Shown one piece after another: positions 1-15,040 of a stretch of DNA of 64,000 nucleotides. This DNA is from Sphagnum compactum (taxonomy: Eukaryota), in NCBI GenBank assembly GCA_965153455.1, contig OZ234493.1, positions 19,582,213-19,646,212 on the forward strand, written 5' to 3'. Below the pieces are notes generated by a model, which was not told the DNA's origin, searched no databases, and was given only the letters and a program-made list of their open reading frames with translations. The translations under genes and the position numbers were made by a program. How positions within the stretch are numbered: position 1 is the first letter of the stretch; each line of letters opens with the position of its first letter.

Positions 1-2918
1 ATAAATGTTCTTGTGGTGGATAGGTCTAGTGGTAGGTTATAATTCACAAAACAAATGGGCCACATTGTGTATTTTGAACTAAAATGGAAATATGAGTTCA
101 TACCATAAGTTGCAAGATTGAACTTAAAAGTTTAAGTTCAAATTTCAAATTGAAACCGTTTTGTTTCAATATGTGCTTAAGCCTTTAAATATGATTATCC
201 CTATCAAAAACAAGATCACTACTATGGTTCTTTTTGTGCCATTTCATCACAACAATTTGATTTTGGTCAAGATCAATTGTTGAATTCTTAAAGCTAAGAA
301 GTTAAATTAGATTGTTCACAATTGGTGGAGTAAAACCTATCACAAGCAAATTATACCATTCCCTTATTCAATTCTAGACCTTGACAAACGAATTGCATAG
401 GATTGATGGAAACCAAGAAGTTGCAAATCAAGTGAATTCATTAGATTTGTGGATGAAATGAGTTGTATCAAACTATAACATTTATAAACATAACTCTAAT
501 TATTTCTTGATCAATTGAAAGTGTTGTGGAATGAAGGTTGTTGTGTACAAAACATGTCAAAGCTAATGAATATTGAATTTGAAGTTAAGGTCATATTTAT
601 GTGGATAATGCATGATTATTTATGTCTTGACATTTGTTCACGTTACATTACAAAAAAAATTCAATGTTTATAGTTATACTCAACTTGTTACACTTCATTA
701 TGGGAAGTGCTATTGAAATTTGAACCTTTCATTGGTTTGTAAAACATCATTATTTAACCATATTGTAGCTTTTGACTATGTGTCAAAATTGTCTACTTGC
801 ATTCTATTTTGTTATAATAAGGATCCAAAGTGGTGTAACACCCAATAGAAAAAGTCATGAAAATTAAAATCTTGTTAAACGTTTTGAAAGAACTACTTTT
901 GAACCTTGTGATTTTTAATATAGGGTTGTCGACAAAAGGAAAACTTGCAAATTTTTAATCCATACATGACCTAGATTCAAGGTGTTCGAAAAAAATTGAA
1001 GAAAATTATCTTTGATGAACATACCTATAGATCATCCATTTTGAACTAAATCAAAACACTCATTCAATGCGCTTTAAAAAAATTGTCAACCACAATAGCG
1101 AATGACAATAAAAATGTTGACAACTATACATGGAAAAAGATGTTTGAATTCATGAAAGGTTTTGGGAGATTGCATGGCTAAGGAACTTGTATGAAAAGAC
1201 TTTCTGCATTTTAAAACTTGGATTATTCACCATATTTGGTGATCCACCACCTTCTTGATCCAATGCATGTTGTGAAAAATGTTAACAAATCATTGTTAAG
1301 CCAATTGTTGAGGAAACATATTTTGAAGCATATAGGGCAAACATTAAGAAATGAATTGAAATTTATTTTAAATTTATAAATCACTAAAATAATGATCACC
1401 TGTAACAATGTCACAATCACATGCCAAAACTATATATATATAAAAGAAAATAGCTTCTTTTTTTGTTGTAGCATATTGTAGTTAATTTTTAAATATTATC
1501 ATTGCTTGTAAGTCTTGTTTCTCCTTTTGACTTAAGTTGCACAATTCCTTGTATTATATTCAAGTAAAACAAAAACAAAAGTTGGCTAATGCTACTCCCA
1601 TGAAGAAGGGAGGTTGACTTTCCTTTATTAATATTTGCTTGAATATTATAAACCAAATTAGCTTGCCTATCAATGCTGAGGCATTACGGGAACATGGAAT
1701 GCAGTGGTGATTCCAATGAGTGTAATGCACTCTTGTGAACAAAACCAAAAGAAAAAAAAATAAAGAAAAGAAAAGCCACCTGCCAGCCTAAATGCATACT
1801 ACTAGTCTAAAGCAAAAAAAATGCTAATATAATTCATTACCACAAGTGTTGTTTTTTTTTTTTTTTTTTTTTGATATCAAATATTCTGGAAAATTTTAAC
1901 CAATTTTTAAAAAAAAAGTAGTCGAATTTACAGTGGGAAAAAAAAAATCCAAAAAAATCCCAATTTCTTTGTCAAAAAATGGCAAAATTTCGCCAGGAAA
2001 AAAAAACACTACAAAACTGGCACATTGCTGCTACCTAGTCATTTATATTTTTGCATACCTGGAATGGACCTATACAGGACCAGTTCCACCTTGGAACACG
2101 TGAAGCCCAGTAGGGTCTAATACTGTTCCATAAGGTGGTTTTTGGTTCTACCAGGGCCTGTTCCAGAGTTCATCACACAAGTGGAACTGCCAAAACCTAA
2201 AGTGGAACAAGCGGATGATCATCAGCAGCACCTGTCCCACCTAGGAACAAACCAGTGTGGGACGGTTCTTTGATTTTGTTTATAACTGCCGGTTCTGGGC
2301 ATATTTATAAACAATCAGAGTCAAAGAACCGTTACTTCTGGGCAGATTGATTTTCCTTTCTCTTTCCAGCATTTCTAAACCATTTCTAAAAAGTACTTAG
2401 AAATTTGGCTCATAAACATCCTACCTACAAGTCTTTTTAAAAAAATTATTGGCGAAAATTTTGCCAAAGAAAAACACTCATATTTTAGCTCCTTCTGTTT
2501 CCTTAAAAGAAATCCTTCCAAAAAAAAAGAAAAAGGAAATTAAATCGCCTAAAATGCGCCTTGGGATTTGATGGAGGGCACAGAAAGTTGCTGAAGTTTC
2601 TAGTAAGTAGACATAAATATAAAAGGATTCATTAAATTTTGAATTCTTTTTTTACTGGTTTTTAGCCATATTTGGCTAAATCTTCCTATGGATGATCACC
2701 ACATTTGCTGCAACTTTGATGAATGATCGCCATTTTGGCTTAGTCACAAAATTCCTAAAAAAAAAAAAACATCGCTAGTACCTACGTTCCTTTTAACTAC
2801 CTACTTAACTAAATATCTTGTAGACCTCAAGACACCCTAGACCCTCCCTATCGTGGCCGTTGAATCCAGCAGTTCCTAACGATCGACGACGGAACTGAAT
2901 CCTATCCCGCGACTCTCT

Positions 2919-3030
2919 ACGTGGCGGCCAAATAGACACACACGTTTCGTGAATATATCTCCAGGTGGCAGTCATCGCTCTGGCTCAACACAACTACTCG
3001 ATCTCGACACACTCATACTATCCACGTGTC
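2919..3030 (+). promoter_or_regulatory. ABRE/G-box cluster upstream of the PEBP gene
   Basis: ACGTGGC at 2919-2925 and CACGTGTC at 3023-3030, with further ACGT cores nearby, 300-420 bp upstream of ATG 3341. Confidence 0.45.
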
Positions 3031-3340
3031 AATCTCTCATACGTTAAATATGACTCAGCTTCGAAGAGCCCCAAAACCACCCTGAGTCTTTTCGTCTTCT
3101 CCCCGCTTGCACGTCCTTTAAAGAAGATCACAATTCATGCTGTCGCAATTCGCGCATCGCACTGAAGAATCGACAAGTTTCTCGGGTTTTGGTAGCAGTT
3201 TTCGACTGGATTTTAGTGGGATTTCTCCTCTTTTGATTCGTAAGAGGAAGTCTTCTTTCAAAGTTTGTTATCTTGTTGAGTTGGAGTTCGGATTGGTGAG
3301 AGGAGGGAGGCGGAGGAGGAGGATTGGAGCGCTCCCAGCA

Positions 3341-5070
3341 ATGGAGGATGGGTTGTATTTGACGAGTAAGGAAATCAGTCACGGAGGTCGAATCCCACGC
3401 AAGTTTACGCAGGATTCACAGGGAATTGTGGAGGATGGGTTGTATTTGACGAGTAAGGAAATCAGTCACGGAGGTCGAATCCCACGCAAGTTTACGCAGG
3501 ATTCACAGGGAGCTGTGAAGGACATATCACCCCCTCTGGAGTGGTATGGTGTGCCTGAAGCCACTCAGAGCTTAGTTGTTATCATGGAGGATCCTGATGT
3601 GCCTGAACCTGAAAACCCTATTGGAGTTCCTTGGGTCCACTGGTAAATATTTCTCAGTACTCTTCTGTCATGATCTCTGGCTATAGCCATCGTAATATAA
3701 CCATATTTGTGTAAATCTGCAAACTGTGTCGTGTGTCGTGTGTGTACCTCATGAATTCTTTGCATGTTTGCCTTTGATTTTGCTTGGCATTGATCTCTTG
3801 CTTACCATCCTGTGCAATGTACTCTAGTCTTGTATCAAAGATTTGTGATGGTTAGGTCATTGGGCATGGTGGTGAAGTCTACATTGCAACCTGAATTTTT
3901 TTCCTCATTCTAGTATGTTGTAGTGTTTCAGAGCTGCCACAAAGTTGATGAGAAAAAAGGGGAAAAACTAGTAGGATTTCATTTTAAAATGGCTTCTGGG
4001 TTTTTTCTCTCTTGTGTTGTTGTGCAGGGTAGTGGTCAACATTCCGCCTACACTGAAAGGTGCATCAATCCTTGAGGATCTTCCCCCCCCATTGTTGATG
4101 ATGCATGTTGTGTTGAGATGTATAGTTGTACTACAGAACCCAGTTCTGTGTTTGGCAAAGAATGCTTAGGCAATTTTGTGCCTTGGTTGAGCTATATATT
4201 GGGGTATTGTCTTTGTTGCAAACAAGGGAAGTTTGTGGAGTCTTGAAATCTCTACAACTGAATTGTTACATTTCTGCTTCAGGTCACTTAGTAATTTCAT
4301 GTGCCTTAAGGTCCCAGCAAGCCAAACACCATAACAGGTAATGTTGGTGAGACATGGAATATGATGTGAGAAATTATTTGGGTTCTGATTGTGGAGTTTG
4401 TGATGACGCAGGTTTGCCAGCAGGTTTCACTACAAAAGAGGTAGATAGTGATCATGATGATGAATTTGGAGAAATTCTGGAAGGGGTGAATGACTTCAAG
4501 GTGCCTGGATACAAGGGGCCGAATCCTCCTGCAGGACTTCATCACTACAGCATTAAGCTCTATGCTCTTGACACCAAGCTAAAAGTTAGCCGCAAGGTAA
4601 TTTACCCATCTCTTCTCTCACTCCCTGAACCCACAAGCATCTGGCTAATCATGTCAGACATAATTCAGCATGTTTAAGAGCTCAGTTTAGTATCAAGGTC
4701 ATGGGTAGATTAGGTATAATGTGGAATCTTAATCTCTGGCAACGGCATTGATCTGTGACTAGCAATGTCTGAGATCTATATATGTGAAATTAATTGGTTC
4801 CAATTTCCAAGCTCTGCATGCTGATTTATGCTGCTGACTATTTCTTTGTTTTTATCTGAATGCAATGTACAGCCCTCACGGGACAAAGTGTTGGATGCCA
4901 TGAGTGGCCATATTTTGGATGAAGCAGAACTCATAGCAACTTACGGAAAGGAACATCATCCAACAGGTCATCATGAAGGTGATGCTCCTCATGGAGCTTT
5001 TTCAGGGCATTCAGAGGGGAAGGGTGGTGGGAAGGGTGGTGGTAACACAATGGGTCAATTGCACCGTTAA
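3341..5070 (+). CDS. PEBP family protein, bacterial-like YbhB/YbcL type (4 exons)
   Basis: Exons 3341-3642, 4028-4059, 4412-4596, 4873-5070 join in frame via GT-AG introns. Motifs: ISPPLEW, MEDPDVP, PWVHWVVVNIP, EGVNDF, GYKGPNPP, HHYSIKLYALD, GHILDEAEL. Confidence 0.92.
3342..3511 (+). repeat. Perfect in-frame tandem duplication (period 87 bp) in PEBP exon 1
   Basis: 83 identical bases at 3342-3424 and 3429-3511; EDGLYLTSKEISHGGRIPRKFTQDSQG occurs twice. Confidence 0.95.
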
Positions 5071-8000
5071 GCATGCTCTTTACATCTCAGACTTTGTGGT
5101 ACAAATGCAGATACTAGTGTGTTATCCATGCAGTGGTTTGTAGTTGAAAATGGATTGGAAATTTTGTCTATCATTCAAGGTGTGTAAATTGGAGTGGACT
5201 TGAATTTTATTCATATGCATTTACACTACAAAAAATTCTTGCTAGAAAGAAATTTTGGCAGCACTGATGAAGTGATGGCTAGGTTGCTGCAGCTGATACA
5301 CTTCACAAATAGGGTCATAAGGTTGACATTGGACAAAGTCCCATGCACAATCCTGCCCATGATAGTCGAAACTAGAGGCAGGATCCCCAAGTGCTTGTAT
5401 TTAGTCATTCAAAGAGCACAATTCAGCTATACAATCTGTCAGTGCAAACTTAATCTGATTACTGAACGTTGATAAAGAAAAAATATGAGACAGTAGAGTG
5501 AGTTTCATAAAGCTTGTTGCTTCATTTTGTCACAAATTGATAATTCTGGAAAATTAACTAAGCGCTTTTTTAAGGTTCTTTAATTCAAGGTATCAAATTA
5601 ATGTTGTAAACCGTAATTGTATACTCTATAATACTTCACCCATTAATAATTGAATCTCTCTAAATTTGGAATATAATACTGTTATGGATATAAGCTGTGA
5701 TAGAAACCAACATGTCTAGGAGACTATCCCCTTCCAATTACTTGTGTGTACAGGATTTCTTGCAGCACCCAGTTCTGTAACTCCATCCATGGCTCTCAAC
5801 TCCTCAGGTATTTTGATTGTGAATTTTTTCTTGACTCTGCCAAGGTTCTCACTGCTCCCCTGTGGTCTGTAAGTGAAGAACTGACTACTGTTGTTATGGG
5901 CACATAAATTTCTGGTGCTTGCAATGCTGAAATTGCTGATTCTTTCAGATGGTTTGCAACCACCACTTCCAGTGTATCTTCTTGCCGAATTCTCAAACTA
6001 GATGTATTTACATCACTGACATTATGATCATTGAAATGATCTTTGCTGACTGGGGATAACTGCAGCTGCAAATGTATAAAAGCACTACTTTGTCAGAAGC
6101 AACAAATATATCCACCTTGTTGCATGAAAATCCCTGATCCCCCTCAAGACATACCCTGGAGCCGTCTCTGATAAATAGTGCAGCACCCAGTCCCTTCTGG
6201 TGCATAAAATTCCTGGAATTTCCTCAAAAGCATCATCACTATACATCTTCTGTTATAGAACATATACTTCCCAGTTACTAATGGAAAAGAGGATCAGGAT
6301 GTCTTCAGTGAACATGCAAACTTGTCCTAGAAGCTGTGACAAGGCTGACTGCAGGGCAATAATCTCCGAACGGTTCTTCAAACAGAGAGTGATCTGGTTA
6401 CCAAACTCTACTTTCATTCCCCTCTCCTGAGATGTAGTGATTGGCTCTCTCCTTCACCTAATCCTTCTCCTGAGGTTGTGGCTTCCCTCTCTAGTGCAAC
6501 TTCCCTAGAATCATCCCTCCTGGTTAACAAACCTGCGAATTCACCATGTACTTGCTTCAGTGCAGAAGTGATAACTGCGAGGATTCCAAACTAGAACACA
6601 ATCCCCTGCATACACTGTCCTCTTTTTGTGGCTTTGAAATCTGAGTGAAAAATGGGTCAGTCTGAGCCAGCGCTTTTTCAAGTGACTAAAAACAGCAAAA
6701 ATGCTATGGAAAAAATTGGGGTGCTTAAAGCAGTACAGAAAAAATGTGGGGAAAAAAGAAAATATTGCAAGGATTCAACTACATTTCATGCAATCTTAAC
6801 CCATACTCATCCTACCGAGAGGCTCCATCACCCCCACAAAACGCATGCCATCCAAACACATTTGCCACTTTGCTCAAATTTCATGGTAGCGCTGGGGTTT
6901 TTTCCCCACTGGACATGACTGAAGTGGGTAGATGGTCACCATAACATTTACTAGTTCTTTTCTTCTCAAATGGCATATTTTTGGCTTAGAGAAAAAAATC
7001 AAAAAATGTGCTCTGAGTTGAAAGAGAGTTGGGATGCGCGGGTTAGTTTTACTTTTTAGTTTGGTTACTTTTAGGTTTTGAACTCTTTGTTTCAGGTTTG
7101 AGGTTGCATCTTGTTCTTGGTCTTGAAACTTGTGAAACAAATTCTGCAACAAAACTTGCCTACACTTTCACCTTATTTACATTTCATTTGTCTTCATTTA
7201 GCAATTGTTTGCTATTTTGGTGCCACAACCATTACCACATGCACATGAAAAATGATCAAATCACTAGAGCCAGAACAATCTAAATAATTCACTACTTTAG
7301 CCATTCATGTGCACAAGAAAAAAATCAAGTTTGCCAAAAATAGTCAAGCCATTTCAATTCATGAAATTTGACTTCATGGAATGCCATGTGGAAAGGCTAA
7401 TGACATGGAAAAATATTCTTCCACGTCAACATCTACCATAGAACGAACCCTCTGACATGGAGGATACTTTTAAAAATAATCTTTCAAGCTCACGGCCTCC
7501 TGCTCGCAGCTCATGTTCACCTACTCACGCTCACTTGCTCATGAAATAGCATGCCCCAAATTGATGTGGTACAACAAAACATGCATAACACAAAGAAAAT
7601 TGAAACTTGTTTATTCTGCTTGGAAGAACCATGCAGAACTACATAAAACCACATAGGGTGCAAAAAGACAAGCTTAGATAGAGCTTGTTAAAGGGTATTT
7701 AGTGTCCTCCCTGTTTTTGCAGTGTTGTGGCAAGGCAAGTTATACAATGTAGCATCATACGACAAGGCCAAGGCCAGCTCATGCTGTCAAAAAATGAAGA
7801 GTTGAAGATCCAATGTTGAGAATTTTTTTTTATATTCTTGAATATTTCAAAAAGATTTTGTATTTTCTTCCTTGAAATCCTATTCTTTGAAAAATTCGCT
7901 TTTTTGAATATTTGAACATTTACCTACAAATAATACAATAGTTAGTGTCAAAGCTGCCGATGTACGTCCTCCACGCTGCAGAGGACTGTTTGGGATTTTA

Positions 8001-8307
8001 AAGTTGTTCTTACCGGGTACCCTCCGGGTATCACAAAAGGCATCCGGAAGGCCCTCGGGTGCGGCCATTACACTTAGTGTGTGACGGTCACCTAGTACGA
8101 GAGCGGCGGGTAGTCCCAGGATATCGACGGTCACTGGCGGAACATATATATATCCATTTTGGGACTATTGACACGTGAGTCGCCACTTCTGTGGATCGAT
8201 CTTCCTTTATAGGCCACTCTGGTTACAAACTCGTAAAGAACAGATATCAGCCGTGGATTCCATCACCCTGACTGACACTCTTACTACTTGTAACCGTCCA
8301 TGGTCTC

Positions 8308-8318
8308 GATCCGCGTCA
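8308..8318 (-). promoter_or_regulatory. Plant histone octamer element (CGCGGATC) upstream of the H3.3 gene
   Basis: GATCCGCG at 8308-8315. The minus strand reads TGACGCGGATC, one mismatch from the type II element TCACGCGGATC. It lies upstream of the putative non-coding first exon. Confidence 0.55.
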
Positions 8319-8882
8319 AAAGGAATTTTCCACATGCAGTCCGCGTCCCCCACCAGTCCCAAGAAAATCGAATCCGTCCATTCTTCACAATAACCCCATC
8401 CACAGCGTTCAATTTGAAACAAAATTTGATTTCGAAAATTTTAGCTAAAAGAAGCTACCAAACGGGTAGCCGCATGATTGAGATCTTTTCCTGGCCGTTC
8501 GATATACAGACATCGGAATATCTCGTCCGTCAGAAGGACAGGTTTTCAGGGCCGTCGATGGTAGTTGGGGGGCCGGTAGAATTGCCATCTGACGACGTGG
8601 ATCGTGCGAACTCTGCATCGGGACCGTCGAATCCGGGACAGAATCACTCAAGAGAGACGGGGGAAGCCGGGCGTCTCTTACATTCTCTCTTTTGTTTTGC
8701 TTGTTGTTTTGCTGCAAACCCTCGCTGCTTCTCTCATTCTTGTCTTCGCCGTTGTCTATACATACTACTGCCTTCTTCTTTTCCTTTTTCTTTTGTGCAT
8801 ATCTCGACATCGTGTTTTGTGACTTGTGATCATCGCCGTATCGTCTCGCGAAGAAAGGGACATCATCATCATCACCCTGAAG

Positions 8883-10855
<1,973 letters not shown>

Positions 10856-10896
10856 GCTGTAATTCTGAAGAATTTCAAAAAAAAAACTCAAAAATC

Positions 10897-10929
10897 AATA
10901 AAAAAAATCGGGTTCTTTTGAACCCACCA
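10897..10929 (+). terminator. AATAAA followed by a histone-type 3' stem-loop
   Basis: AATAAA at 10897-10902; GGGTTC-TTTT-GAACCC at 10910-10925 (perfect 6-bp stem, 4-nt loop); ACCA at 10926-10929; A-rich 5' flank; 54 nt after the stop codon. Confidence 0.7.
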
Positions 10930-13900
10930 AAAACTGTTTGTTTGGCCTGCGTCTTCTTTGATTTGAATTCCTTTTGTGCTTGCAGTGGTGAATTCCTTCA
11001 AAGCATGTGTAGTTTATTGGAAAGTTCATTTTCCTATTGTTTAGGATTCAGTTAATTTGAGCAATCACCTGAAATTCTTGTTCAGTGATGAAGACTTGTA
11101 TTACCATATCCACCATTGAAGGGAATTATATGAGAGCAGTTTAGTGTTTGATTGTCGAATGGAAATGTGTCGAATCACCTATGTGAACCGTCCCTCACCA
11201 AACATGGGCCTATCACCTAATGCTTCCCAATATTGAGCAATTTTTGAGTTATTGGACGGGCAACAGAAGGTTTACAAATGTTCTTTTGAGTGTTTAGAAG
11301 TAAAAGAGCAACACAGAAAACATGAAAAGAGAATGATAGTTTGCCTCAATTTATATGGAAAACTATCTGTAGACCTCTCTATTTCCAGCCCCATATCTTA
11401 AATCCAAGATTATATGCTTGAAATCTTGATTTGTTTTAATTAACCCATCACTGAATACTGAACCCATTTACACCGAACACCATTCCTGTAATGAATTCAG
11501 CAATTTTTGTGTAGTTAGAATTGCTAGGTGGGACAGTTACAAATGCTCGTAGAGCTTCAGTAGCAGAGGAACAATGTGTGAGATTAAGAACCCAATGTGT
11601 GAAAATTGGGTTCACAAATCTGGATTGCGTCCCTTGAATCCACATGAAATATTATGAAAATTTATGAAGTTGTGAGGAAGTGACAGTTATTTTATGGCTT
11701 CTCAACTGAAGCAAAGGAAGTTTATGTAAATTGTAAATCAAAATTGCACGGATCCCATTCTTCTATAACAACCAAAGATCAGCCAAATGTGCTGTTCAAA
11801 GTTTGTACCTATGCTCCATGATTTTTTGGGGATTTCTGTTAAGGGTTTGGTAATCGTGTCTGATAGACCTGAAATCAGTTTGGTGTGTCAAACTATGTAT
11901 CAGACCAACTTCCTTGTCTCCCCAACATTGCTGTCGGGTAAGAGAGATTTGGTGGACCTTAAAGAATTTCATTTAAAGGTTGTGCACATATAAGAAGGGG
12001 GCAACGACCAACTACTTATTGGATAAGTACAGACAATAAGTAGTCTGTATCCCAAGGACGTCAAATGAAATGACCCGCTAAAACCATCAACCCAAGCTCT
12101 AGACATCCAGAGACAAATTCTTTGTGAATCTTCCAAAATTGGGACCATCAAAATTGGGACCATGTTTAGATAAAAAATGTCATGCCAATATAGAAATGGA
12201 TGCATCCAAAGTAAATTCAATTGTTGAAATATCAACTATGTCATTTTGAAAATTTTGATTGAATATGTTCAACTTTGCCAAAACATCGACCACAAGATGA
12301 AGCATGAATTGAAATTGAATTTGCAAGGTTGTAGCTTGGCGATGTTAATAGGCCTCAAATTTTTAAAAAAAATCCAATATGGTTGGCATACAAAATCCAC
12401 TCCAACACTCGACCCCCAAAAAAACAATGCATTAAAGGGGTGGGCAGGCAATGGGTTTGGAGCTCTAACTATTATCTAACTTACTATTAAACTATTAATC
12501 TTATAATTGTTATTCTAATATTTACACATTTAGAGTATTGTCTTTATGTGAAGATTCCATTAAACTTGTAATATTCAAATTTGATAGGTCAACACAATAT
12601 TTATTTTTCTTTTGACATGGTTTTTTTAGATGCCTTTTTTGTGACAAATAGTTTTTGACTTTTTCCTTTCTTTTGATATGCCAAATTTTGATTTTACTTT
12701 TTTTTTTCTTTTCTTTTTGCTTGTGATAGTTGCAAAAAAAACCTTCATTGAGTGGTCACCCTATATTCTAATTTCATAAAATTAATTAAAAAACTCATCT
12801 ATTTATGCAATGTCAATGCCTATGCCAAATACATTTTTAAGTGTTTTGTAATTTCTTTGTCTTGTGCTTGTTGCCATTAATAACCATCTAACCATGATGA
12901 CATATTTCATGTAACACTTGGCTAACACAAATTACACTTTAACCATTTATTTTTAGCTCAAAAGCATATTTAAATGTGTTGAAGACCACATAATATATGT
13001 TCTCCCCACATATGGATGTATTTAATTCATTGCTCCTGTTTAGTGTTTGCTTACATTGTCAATGTGGCATGATTAATGGAGTGATTGATTACATGTTGCA
13101 TGCATTAATTTGGAACCTCACACCTTGAACAAGGTAAAAAGACCTTTAAACATTGTTGAACTTTAATCACACCTTATTTTTGTCTCCTATAATTGTTCAA
13201 ATCTTTTGAGAATGTAATGAATGGTTTCGGGTTGTTTTAAAAGTCACACGATATGATTGAAATTGTGATTAAAAAAGTAGGATCCACTTGTTTTGGATGA
13301 TTTAAAATGTTTTTTAAGATGACAACCTTTTTGTTTAGAGTGTTTTGGTAAGTGGTTTAAAAATACCCAAATTCTTAAAGGCTAACTTTTCTTCCCTTCT
13401 CAATGCCTTTCAAATCCAACTCATTTAATATATCAATTTGAGCACATGTGGTTTTAATTTTAGGATCTTTGTTGATTGTATAAAAAACCCTTTTTTGGAA
13501 GGTATTAGGATCCTTGTTACAACACATTAAAACCCTCATTTGGAGATTTTGAGGTATTAATAGGACCACTCAAAAAAGATGCTACTCACCGTTTTAAAAA
13601 CCCCCAATATATATATATTTTCAAGAATTCATAACTAATTGAAAAGAAGTTCAAAAAATTTCAAACTTGGGTTGAGTTTCAAATTGTTTTGTCTTTAATG
13701 GAAAAATAAAAGTACAAGAAAATTGGACTTTGATTTACTCATTATGCTTATTTTGATAGTTCTAGAATCTTCTACCTTGTTTTCATGGCTTGTTTGAAAG
13801 TTTCATTGATAAGGAGAAATGAATAAAGGGCTACCAATAAGTCACAATTATGTTACAAATCACTTTAGTGGGGAAACAAAGGAATTACATTAATAAAATA

Positions 13901-14499
13901 ATTGTTAATCTTTAAAAAAAGAAGAATGAAAATTTCTGCAAATATTTGGAATGACACTTTAAACAATGTATTTCAAATAAATGAAGTTGTAATTAAGTTC
14001 AACCTTAGCAAGGAGGAGATGGATGTTTAGGGCTATTCAACCATTCACATAAGAGAAAATTTGCACACTCCAATTTCAACGGAAAAGGTTTCGTTCATGT
14101 GATTGGGTAGGAATGTATAGGTATCCAGAGGATCATTTCCATATTGAAGTTCTACAAGTCAATCATGGAGTCTTTATTTAAAGGGTTCAAGGCAAATCAC
14201 ACCTTTGTGTTGTAAAACAATCAAAATACTATAGTTGGTAAACATTCCAAGATTCTAATCCTCAACTAAGTGGAGTAATGATGACTATGACCCTTTGTTA
14301 CAATATTTGTTGAAGGTCATTGGGTAGAGGTTGTTAAGGCATCGGCCAAAACAAATTTCTTTTCTTTTATGGATGATAGAAGGAGGCTTTCTTTTACCTT
14401 AAATGTGGGAAGTGGTTAACTTTTTGAACTACTTAACTAAGTGCAATTGTTGTTTTGTTAATGAATAAGTTGGTTTTGAGAAGACCAATAGAAGAGAAT

Positions 14500-15040
14500 G
14501 GTCTAGTGAACATCAACTTGGTGATTTCGTGGTGGCTTGCAATTATAATGGATGGAGGTTTATAATCCAAGAAAAGCTTTTTTTAAATGGCATTTATTTT
14601 TTCATTATGACAAATTTTGGAAATGGCTCAATACACAAGCAACATGGGAGTTCTTTTGTGTCCATTATCCCTAGCTTACACATTTAGTCTCAAACATGGT
14701 TAGATGGAGGATGTTTACTTAAGAGCAAGGGCTCTTTAACATAGACTCCCAAAGAAATTTAAAATATCTCAGAATATATGGGCTATCATTATAGATCATT
14801 TGGGTTGAATACATTGAACATACCTTCAATATGATTAGGTGGAATAATTATGGAAGAAAGTCTCAAATTTATGGGGAACTCCTTCAATATGTCTAGATTG
14901 CTTGAACATGATATTGTACCTCCTAAGACAAATGCCTTTGCAAGAGGAAGCCATCCTCCAAGCTTTTGATACATCTTGGGGTACACCATTCACCTTTTGA
15001 TGTAGAAAACATTACAAGGTTACTTGGTCACAAGAAGGGA
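14500..15040 (+). mobile_element. Decayed 3' end of a LINE ORF2 (post-RT, zf-RVT-like region)
   Basis: Broken frames give PRKAFFKW (~14567), IIWVEYIEHTFNMIRW (~14795), GELLQYV*IA*, and ILQAFDTSWG...CRKHYKVTW (~14950-15030), resembling plant L1 ORF2 C-termini. Boundaries approximate. Confidence 0.4.

Noticed and set aside
1-1500. Possible decayed hAT transposase (PRFK-like motif near 970)
   Set aside because: One degenerate motif and no sustained reading frame.
3137-3340. 68-aa N-terminal extension of the PEBP ORF from ATG 3137
   Set aside because: PEBP similarity starts at ATG 3341 and the upstream ATG lies very close to the putative TATA region. A transit-peptide isoform cannot be excluded without transcripts.
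5700-6620. Coding-like composition with several short ORFs on both strands
   Set aside because: All frames I read are interrupted and no recognisable motif emerged; possibly an old TE or pseudogene.
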